From Flavobacteriaceae bacterium (GTDB lineage: Bacteria > Bacteroidota > Bacteroidia > Flavobacteriales > Flavobacteriaceae), in assembly GCA_030829155.1 (NCBI GenBank), contig JAURBD010000001.1, positions 1 to 56,938 on the forward strand: a stretch of DNA of 56,938 nucleotides. Reading direction: 5' to 3'. Position numbers and translations under genes: made by a program. This document shows positions 49,831-56,938 of this stretch, piece by piece. The notes below the pieces were generated by a model. The model worked only from the letters and a program-made list of their open reading frames with translations. It was not told where the DNA came from and searched no databases. The number at the start of each line of letters is the position of its first letter. The first letter of the stretch is position 1.

Positions 49831-51084
49831 TTATCTCCCATATTTACGCTCAGGAGAAAAATTATTAATTGGCATAGATAATTTTTTATTCGAAATTATT
49901 TCGGTTACTAGTTTACCAGTGGCTGGTCCTAAACTCCATCCCATCATGGAATGCCCTGTGGCTAAAACCAAGTTCGAACAAGAAGAATGTCTTCCGATAA
50001 AGGGTAATCCATCTGGAGACAAAGGTCTCAAACCGCACTTGGCTTGCTTTCGATCATTCAAATCAATTTCTAAACCCGAGTAATATTGGGTTGCAGCATG
50101 GGCAATTGCGTTGACACGATTTTCTCGAATATTGTAATTGATTCCCGCTATTTCCATTGTCCCCGCAAAGCGAGTAAACCCTTGCATTGGAGTGACCCCA
50201 ACCTTTGACTCAATAAGTATACAGGGCAATGAAATTCCAGTTCGAGCTTCTACATTGATTCGGTATCCTTTTCCTGCTTGAACAGAAAGTATTATTTTTA
50301 ACGGCTTCAAAAGTTCTTCTGTCCAAGCACCTGCCGCAAAAACTACTTCATCTGCTTCAAAATTTCCACGGTCTGTAACCACAGTAGAAATACGATCTCC
50401 TCGAACTTGAAAGTTTTTTACAGTGGTTTCGGTATGAATCTCAACTCCACTTTTTAATGTGTTTTTCTTCAATTGATTCATAAAGACTTCGGGAGTTGAG
50501 TGTGCATCACAACGATAATGATAAGCCCCAGCGATATTCATTTGAATTCCAGGTTGCAGTCGATTTACCTCTTCTACTCCAAGCAAAGAGACATCCAAGC
50601 CCAAATCTTGTGCAGCTTGCATGACAGAATATTCGCTTTTTTCGGCTTTAGAAGTCTTAAAAGCCATCAATACACCACGATCTTCTAGATGAAAATCAAA
50701 ATCAACAGACGCATGCATTTCATGATACAAGCCTTTACTCAGTTCATTGATTTCTTTGATCGCAGCCAAAGATCGTTGAACATGTTTTTTGGAACAGGAA
50801 CGCATAAATTTCCAACCCCAAGAAATAAGATCGGCATCTAATCGAGGTTTAATATAAAAAGGGCTTGAGGAATTTAACATCCATTTCAACCCTTTAGAAA
50901 TCATTCCTGGGGCAGCAAGAGGAACAATATGACTGGGTGTTAAATATCCTGCATTGACAAAAGAAGCTCCTTCAGTTATGGTTCCTTTATCCAATAAAGT
51001 TACTTCATGTCCTTCTGCTCTCAAATAAAATGCAGTAGACAAACCTACAATCCCTCCACCGATTACAATTACACTCTTTTTCAT
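49831..51084 (-). CDS. FAD-dependent D-amino acid dehydrogenase (DadA-like), probable D-hydroxyproline dehydrogenase
   Basis: GGGIVG, GASFVNAG, GLRP.SPDGLP.IG, GH.MMGWSLGP.TG; last gene of the hydroxyproline operon. Confidence 0.8.
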   Translation of the reverse strand: MKKSVIVIGGGIVGLSTAFYLRAEGHEVTLLDKGTITEGASFVNAGYLTPSHIVPLAAPGMISKGLKWMLNSSSPFYIKPRLDADLISWGWKFMRSCSKKHVQRSLAAIKEINELSKGLYHEMHASVDFDFHLEDRGVLMAFKTSKAEKSEYSVMQAAQDLGLDVSLLGVEEVNRLQPGIQMNIAGAYHYRCDAHSTPEVFMNQLKKNTLKSGVEIHTETTVKNFQVRGDRISTVVTDRGNFEADEVVFAAGAWTEELLKPLKIILSVQAGKGYRINVEARTGISLPCILIESKVGVTPMQGFTRFAGTMEIAGINYNIRENRVNAIAHAATQYYSGLEIDLNDRKQAKCGLRPLSPDGLPFIGRHSSCSNLVLATGHSMMGWSLGPATGKLVTEIISNKKLSMPINNFSPERKYGR

Positions 51085-51089
51085 ACTAA

Positions 51090-52094
51090 TTAAATAACTT
51101 GAAATCCTTCTGCATAGGGATCATCCCTGTCGATAATTATGGTATTGTATCCTGTAATTCTTGCACTTCCTTCAATACTAGGAAGAATTGCTTTAAGGTT
51201 TCCGATACTTGTTTCTTTTTCTACTTTTCCTGTAAACTTTGAGCCAATAAAACTTTCATGAATAAAGGTTGACCCAACCAATAGTTTTTCTTTTACAAAC
51301 CATTGAGCCATTCGAGCAGAAGTTCCAGTACCACAAGGAGATCTGTCTATGGCCTTGTCTCCATAAAAAACAGCATTTCTGGCTGTTGAACTTGGGTCTA
51401 GGGTTTCTCCGGCCCACAAAACATGACTACATCCATAAATATTGGGGTCTTCTGGATGAATAAAATCCTGCAATTCGTTGACCAAATGCCGTAAGGTTTT
51501 ACTGTAACTAATCAAATTTGTAGCCGTGTAATTCTCAACTCCTTTAAAATTTTCTTGTGGATCAACGATTGCATAAAAATTACCACCATAAGCAACATCT
51601 ACTGTTAATTTTCCAAGATCAGGATGTTCGATCTCCAGATCAGTTGCATGAAGGAACGAATCAATGTTTGTAAACTTTACAGCAGTCACTTTTTTACTCT
51701 CTTGTTTATAGTCGGCAACAATCAATCCTGCTGGTGTTTCAACCCGGATTGCACCTCTTACTTTGGGAGTAATCAAATTCTCTTCAATTAAAATGGTTAT
51801 TGCTCCAATTAATCCATGACCGCACATAGGCAAACAACCACTGGTTTCAATAAATAAAATCGAAACGTCATTTGAGGCATCTATTGGGTCAAAGAAAAAG
51901 CTTCCACTCATCATATCGTGTCCCCTTGGTTCAAACATAAGTCCTTTTCTAATCCAATCAAATTCCTTTAAAAAATGAAGTCTTTTTTCCATCATTGTAT
52001 TTCCCTTCAACTTCAGAATGGGGTCAGTGACTATCCGAACCGGATTTCCTGCAGTATTCCCATCTATACAATTAAAATGAATGACTTTACTCAT
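51090..52094 (-). CDS. 4-hydroxyproline 2-epimerase (proline racemase family)
   Basis: EPRGH..MSG, MCGH and DRSPCGTG (Cys/Cys catalytic pair). Confidence 0.88.
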   Translation of the reverse strand: MSKVIHFNCIDGNTAGNPVRIVTDPILKLKGNTMMEKRLHFLKEFDWIRKGLMFEPRGHDMMSGSFFFDPIDASNDVSILFIETSGCLPMCGHGLIGAITILIEENLITPKVRGAIRVETPAGLIVADYKQESKKVTAVKFTNIDSFLHATDLEIEHPDLGKLTVDVAYGGNFYAIVDPQENFKGVENYTATNLISYSKTLRHLVNELQDFIHPEDPNIYGCSHVLWAGETLDPSSTARNAVFYGDKAIDRSPCGTGTSARMAQWFVKEKLLVGSTFIHESFIGSKFTGKVEKETSIGNLKAILPSIEGSARITGYNTIIIDRDDPYAEGFQVI

Positions 52095-53805
52095 TTATTT
52101 TTTGATTTATGTAGGTGTTTATTTCTTGCTCCATAAGCGGGAGGGTAAGAGTTCCTTTTTGCAATAAAATGTTATGAAATTCTCGAATATCAAAATCTTC
52201 TTCAAGGGCTTGTTCTGTTTTCTTTCTGAGTTCCAAAATCTTCAATTCTCCGACTTTGTATGCCAATGCTTGTCCAGGCCATGAAATGTAGCGATCGACT
52301 TCGGTGTTTATTTCATGAAATGAAAGTGATGTATTTGCAGCCATAAAATCAATCGCTTGTTCTTTGGTCCATCCAAAAGCGTGAATTCCAGTGTCTACAA
52401 CCAAACGACATGCTCTCCACATCGAATAAGTTAACTGACCAAAACGTTCATATGGAGTTGTATAAATCCCCATTTCACCTGCTAAGGATTCGGTGTACAA
52501 TCCCCAACCCTCACCATAGGCTGATAAATATAAGGATTTTCTAAATTCTGGTATGTCATCTGGGAGCTCTGAATTCAAAGCCATTTGTAAATGATGACCC
52601 GGTACGGCTTCGTGAGCTGTTAATGCAGGAAGAACATAAAGAGGTCGGCTTGGTAAATTGTATGTATTGACCCAATAATATCCGGGATTTGTACTCTCTG
52701 GTTGTGTAGGAATGTAACGCCCACCTGTGTACTTTGGGGCAATTGCATCTGGCACAGCAGCTACACCATAGGGAGTACTGGGTAGCAGCTTAAAGAATTT
52801 TGGTAATTGTTCATCGAGTCGTTTTGAAATATCACGAGCACGCATCAAAAGTTCATCTGCTGTTTTAGCATAGAACTGTTGGTCTGTTCTTAAAAATGTG
52901 AAAAAGTCTTCAAAACTTCCCTCAAAACCAACTTCATCAATTATCGATTCCATTACATCTTTTATTTTTTTCACCTCTATCAACCCCAATTGATGAACTT
53001 CATCGGCAGTCATTTCTAAAGTGGTGTAATAAGCAATTCGATTGTTGTAAAAAGAGGTTCCATTTGGTGTTTGATTTACGCCTATGGATTTGCGTGTTTG
53101 TGGATAATACTCTTTTTCAAAAAAAGTCTTGATTTTTTTAAAAGAAGGAATAACATTTTTTTGAATTGAATTTTGAGCAGCGGTTAAAATAGAATCCTTT
53201 TCTTTAACTGATAATTGCTCGGGTAATTCATTGAAAGGAGAAAAATAAAAATTATCAGCAAAAGAATCTTTAATATGTCTGTTGTAACTGCTCTCATATC
53301 CCTCAAAAATAACCAGTGGCTGAGACACTCCTTCTTCAATTCCTTTTCTCAATAGGTTTAGATTTTGATCAACATACAAGGGAATCGATTCAAGCATTTC
53401 GAGATAATCGATCGCTTGTTTTTTTGTTGTCAGGGGTCGCACACGATAAACCAAGTTATTGTGAAATCCTGCATCAGACAGAAGAGGATTCAAATGAGTT
53501 TTAAATTCAAAATTTGCAAGATGATCGTTTAACAAAAATTTTAAAAGTTCAAGAGATACAAGATCAGTTGCTGATAAATTTTCAATGGGAATTTTTTCTG
53601 TCTTGTCGAGTAAAGATTTATAAAAATCATAATCTGCTTGATAACGCTCTTCGGAGTGATCACCAAGAGGGAAATCGTCCGAGTCATAAGACTCATAGTT
53701 TTCGTATTGGTTTATCAGATCTTGAAGTGGTTTTGAATCGTCAAAAGGTGATGAACATCTATAGGCTAAAACAAAAATCAGAACATATTTTAGAGCGATT
53801 TTCAT
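52087..53805 (-). CDS. DUF885 family protein, putative exported metallopeptidase
   Basis: HEAVPGHHLQ, YGEGWGLY.E, WRACRLVVDTG.H, RY...PGQALAYKVG; N-terminal signal with Cys17. Confidence 0.9.
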   Translation of the reverse strand: MKIALKYVLIFVLAYRCSSPFDDSKPLQDLINQYENYESYDSDDFPLGDHSEERYQADYDFYKSLLDKTEKIPIENLSATDLVSLELLKFLLNDHLANFEFKTHLNPLLSDAGFHNNLVYRVRPLTTKKQAIDYLEMLESIPLYVDQNLNLLRKGIEEGVSQPLVIFEGYESSYNRHIKDSFADNFYFSPFNELPEQLSVKEKDSILTAAQNSIQKNVIPSFKKIKTFFEKEYYPQTRKSIGVNQTPNGTSFYNNRIAYYTTLEMTADEVHQLGLIEVKKIKDVMESIIDEVGFEGSFEDFFTFLRTDQQFYAKTADELLMRARDISKRLDEQLPKFFKLLPSTPYGVAAVPDAIAPKYTGGRYIPTQPESTNPGYYWVNTYNLPSRPLYVLPALTAHEAVPGHHLQMALNSELPDDIPEFRKSLYLSAYGEGWGLYTESLAGEMGIYTTPYERFGQLTYSMWRACRLVVDTGIHAFGWTKEQAIDFMAANTSLSFHEINTEVDRYISWPGQALAYKVGELKILELRKKTEQALEEDFDIREFHNILLQKGTLTLPLMEQEINTYINQKINE

Positions 53806-55343
53806 ACGACAGCTTTTGTTATGTTATTGTTTAAAGTACGAAAAATTTGAAGTGGATTATCATCTTTCAATGATTCGGGTAAAAAGTCGTTTGGACAGTC
53901 TTGAAAACAAATAGGTCTCAACCACCGTTCGATAGATAAGGTTCCTACGGAGGTAAAACGAGTATCCGTTGATGCTGGAAATGGCCCCCCATGATTCATA
54001 GAAGCACAAACTGCAACACCAGTAGGTACGCCATTAAAAAGAATACGACCCACTTTTTGTTGCAAGTTTCCTATTAATGTTTTATTGTTTTCTAAGTCCG
54101 TTTTAGTCCCCAAAACTGTAGCGGTTAGTTGTCCTGGAAATGTCTTTATCAATTGAGAAAATAATGCTGTACTTGAACTGTGTACAACCAAACTAAAAGG
54201 GCCAAAAACTTCTTCTAAAAGTTCTGGTTTATCCAAAATACTTTCCGCAGAAATTACCCCTACAACTGGGCTATTATCTGCTTGTGATTTTCTATGCAAC
54301 GAAACTCCTTGGCTTTCTATTTGTTGAATTTGCTTCTGATAATTCTCACTTATCTTTGGATGAACCATATTATTTGCTTCTCCAAAATTCTGTACCAATT
54401 GATCAACAAATGAATCTGGCTCGTTTCCACATATTAAAATCAGACCAGGGTTAGTACAAAACTGTCCAGTCCCCAACTGAATAGAGTTTGATATTTGAGT
54501 TGGTATTTCTAAATCAGATATCAAGCGTTCTGGTAAAATGAGTACCGGATTTACGCTCCCCATTTCAGCAAAAACAGGAATGGGTTCTTTTCTTTTTTGA
54601 GCAACATCGTAAAGGGCTTTCCCAGCTTTGAAGCTGCCTGTAAAACCTACTCCTTTAACTTTAGGGTGTTCAACTAAAGTAGATCCTACTTCGATTTTTT
54701 CTCCATGTAAATGCGCAAAAATTCCTTGAGGTAAATTACACTTGTCAAGTGCCTGTATTATCGATCGAGCTACTAACTCACTGGTTCCTGCATGGTAGGG
54801 ATGCCCCTTGAGAATGACTGGACAACCTGCCGCAAGTGCAGAAATTGTATCTCCACCCGCTGTTGAGAATGCCAACGGAAAATTACTCGCTCCAAAAACA
54901 ACTATGGAACCGATAGGATAGGACATTTTTCTCAAATCAGGAGTTCCCTCAATCCCAACATCCAAGATGGCATTAACATAAGACCCTTCATTCAATAAGT
55001 CTATAAAGCTCTGAATTTGAGCCAACGTTCGTGAAAACTCTCCCTCGGCTCTTCCATTAGGGTAACCCGATTCGAGTTGATACTGTTTTAAAATAAACTC
55101 TTTGTCTTGTTCTAATTCAATTTTAATTTGAGCTAAAAAAGTAGCTCTTTTAGCTGCTGAAGTGTTGGAATATTCATCAAATACACGATCAGCAAGTTCA
55201 CAAGCTTCTGTTACAATTTCAATAGATGCGTTTTCATAAAGGTTTGAAAGCGCTGTTTTATCCTTTGCATTAAAAGTTTGAAAAGTAGTTGGATTTAGAT
55301 AATCTACTTCTTTTCCATTGACTAGATTTTTCCCTTTGATCAT
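53802..55343 (-). CDS. Aldehyde dehydrogenase (NADP+), 2-ketoglutarate semialdehyde dehydrogenase type
   Basis: FGASNFPLAFSTAGGD, GFTGS, AEMGS.NP, GQFCTNPG, EEVFGP. Confidence 0.9.
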   Translation of the reverse strand: MIKGKNLVNGKEVDYLNPTTFQTFNAKDKTALSNLYENASIEIVTEACELADRVFDEYSNTSAAKRATFLAQIKIELEQDKEFILKQYQLESGYPNGRAEGEFSRTLAQIQSFIDLLNEGSYVNAILDVGIEGTPDLRKMSYPIGSIVVFGASNFPLAFSTAGGDTISALAAGCPVILKGHPYHAGTSELVARSIIQALDKCNLPQGIFAHLHGEKIEVGSTLVEHPKVKGVGFTGSFKAGKALYDVAQKRKEPIPVFAEMGSVNPVLILPERLISDLEIPTQISNSIQLGTGQFCTNPGLILICGNEPDSFVDQLVQNFGEANNMVHPKISENYQKQIQQIESQGVSLHRKSQADNSPVVGVISAESILDKPELLEEVFGPFSLVVHSSSTALFSQLIKTFPGQLTATVLGTKTDLENNKTLIGNLQQKVGRILFNGVPTGVAVCASMNHGGPFPASTDTRFTSVGTLSIERWLRPICFQDCPNDFLPESLKDDNPLQIFRTLNNNITKAVV

Positions 55344-56260
55344 AAAAATATTTTATAATTTCCTAAATCTGGACGAGTAGCCAGCGAATCATCGATAATT
55401 CTCTGAACTCGAATCCGTTCACTCCCTTTCAGTTCAATCCGAGGTTTTCGAACATAGCCAGTTCCGATACCCGTTGCAACTTCACATTGCTTGATGTTCT
55501 GAACCAATTGAGGAGATATGTCCAACTCTAGAAGCGGTAAAAACCATCTATAAATTGCCAACGCCTCATCAATTTTTTTTGCCTTAGTGTAAGCAAATAT
55601 TGCAACCGTTTCTTTGGGGAAAGCATCCACTAAACCAGCCACCCATCCATTTGCACCCATCACTAAACTTTCCATCGCAAGTGTATCCACACCACAGAGA
55701 ATTTTGTATCTGAATCCAAAACGATTGATCATTCGTGTAACATTCGATATGTCTCGAGTAGACTCTTTTACAGCTTGAATATTAATGAATTGCTGCAATT
55801 GATCAAACATATCCAAGGTAACTTCAATTTTGTAATCCACCGGGTTATTATAAATCATTATTGGAAGCTTAGTCGCTTGTGCAACTGAGGCAAAATATTG
55901 AACAGTCTCGCTGTCTGTAGCTTTGTAGCGCATTGGCGGTAACAACATTAAACCATCTGCTCCATTTGCTTCAGCAGCCTGTGCAACTTCAATTGCATAT
56001 TGAGTAGATTGTTCTGCGATATTGATGATTATTGGAATTTTTTCTGAAATAATTTCTTGAGATTTTTTGAGTAATTGGAGTTTCTCTTCTGCTTTAAGCG
56101 TGCTTGCTTCACCGAGTGTTCCTCCTAGTATAATCCCATGAACACCTGCATCAATTTGAGCCCTGAGATTGATCTCAAAGGCTTTGAGGTTTAAATTACC
56201 TGAGGCATCAAATTGAGTAGTTAAGGCGGGCATAACTCCTTCCCAGTTAAAATTTATCAT
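55340..56260 (-). CDS. DHDPS-family enzyme, probable delta1-pyrroline-4-hydroxy-2-carboxylate deaminase
   Basis: GTLGE, IYNNP, Schiff-base Lys in AVKES; operon context. ATG 56260 is preferred because the TTG at 56284 is part of TATATTTG. Confidence 0.82.
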   Translation of the reverse strand: MINFNWEGVMPALTTQFDASGNLNLKAFEINLRAQIDAGVHGIILGGTLGEASTLKAEEKLQLLKKSQEIISEKIPIIINIAEQSTQYAIEVAQAAEANGADGLMLLPPMRYKATDSETVQYFASVAQATKLPIMIYNNPVDYKIEVTLDMFDQLQQFINIQAVKESTRDISNVTRMINRFGFRYKILCGVDTLAMESLVMGANGWVAGLVDAFPKETVAIFAYTKAKKIDEALAIYRWFLPLLELDISPQLVQNIKQCEVATGIGTGYVRKPRIELKGSERIRVQRIIDDSLATRPDLGNYKIFL

Positions 56261-56493
56261 TTCCTTTTTGCTTTTATGATTCAAATATATGAAATCAAAA
56301 TAGGTGCATTTTGTCTTCAGGAAATAATATTAAAATAAAGACGGTAAGTATCCTATTTTAAATACTACATTAGTAAATCAAATTGAAACTCTATTTGATT
56401 ATTTATTTGAGCAAAACTAAATGCCAAATTCTCTGGGTTTTAAAAAAAATTTTATTTGACTTTATGATTCTCAAATCTCTTTAATAAGATCTC

Positions 56494-56938
56494 ATGGAAT
56501 TTGCAAAATTTAAAAGTTCTATAGGTACCATAGAGATTATTGGAGATGATGAGGGTGTTCAATCCATTCAAGTTTTCCCAGATAATATCTTTGAAGAAAC
56601 TACAATTCCAAGTTTGCTGGAGGAGAGTGTAAAACAAATTAAGGGGTACATTGAAAAAAGTCGAACCCACTTTACATTTTTGATGAATCCAAAAGGAACC
56701 GAATTTCAACTTAAAGTATGGGACATCCTAAAAACAATTACTTAGGGAAAACAATGTCTTATCTCAAAGTTTCCGAAATTTACAGAAATACCAAGGCGGT
56801 AAGAGCTGTTGGGGCTGCTATCGGAAAAAACCCTATATTAGTAGATATACCTTGTCATCGAGTTATTGGAAGTAATGCAAATCTGGTTGGCTTTGCCTCT
56901 GGCTTAGATAAAAAAAATGGCTACTCCAAAAGGAAGGC
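56494..56938 (+). pseudogene. ogt: Methylated-DNA--protein-cysteine methyltransferase with two single-base deletions; runs off the window end
   Basis: Reads ...GTEFQLKVW...TIT* with TAG at 56743-56745. The shifted frame gives GKTMSY...KAVRAVGAAIGKNPILVDIPCHRVIG (PCHR at 56850-56861). A second shift occurs at the A8 run 56910-56917, before WLLQKEG. Confidence 0.85.

Noticed and set aside
1-56938. CRISPR arrays, rRNA, IS elements, integrases, prophage genes, long tandem DNA repeats
   Set aside because: None was seen on reading both strands; short or highly degenerate repeats could have been missed without computation

Overview
AT-rich chromosome segment from a Bacteroidota bacterium, most likely Flavobacteriaceae. 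This rests on gene content, gene order and frequent TAnnTTTG -7 promoter elements. From left to right: (1) the 5' part of actA (alternative complex III multiheme cytochrome c, missing from the ORF track), a SPOR protein and rimP-nusA-infB. (2) An ~8 kb accessory-looking block between rimP and tRNA-Gln(TTG): a parallel beta-helix protein plus SO2930-type diheme cytochrome c pair, a vWA plus AAA+ pair, a decayed siroheme-synthase gene, a ferredoxin-NADP reductase, a candidate ~70-nt sRNA, a mini Smr protein, a rhodanese remnant and an unannotated 56-aa membrane protein. (3) DUF2723/GT117, a cysteine-free thioredoxin, a metallophosphoesterase, dgt, a phosphate porin plus Pit-family transporter, nrdBA and housekeeping genes. 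(4) A heme biosynthesis cluster (hemJ, hemH, hemACDEF, hemB) with an AraC regulator, a MATE transporter and Fur-like palindromes. (5) A 4-hydroxyproline catabolic operon with an embedded DUF885 metallopeptidase-like gene. (6) A doubly frameshifted ogt. I saw no CRISPR array, rRNA, integrase or transposase. The best leads for uncharacterised biology are the beta-helix/diheme cytochrome module, the candidate anti-start-codon sRNA and DUF885 in the hydroxyproline operon. All product calls come from motif recognition by eye; no database searches were run.
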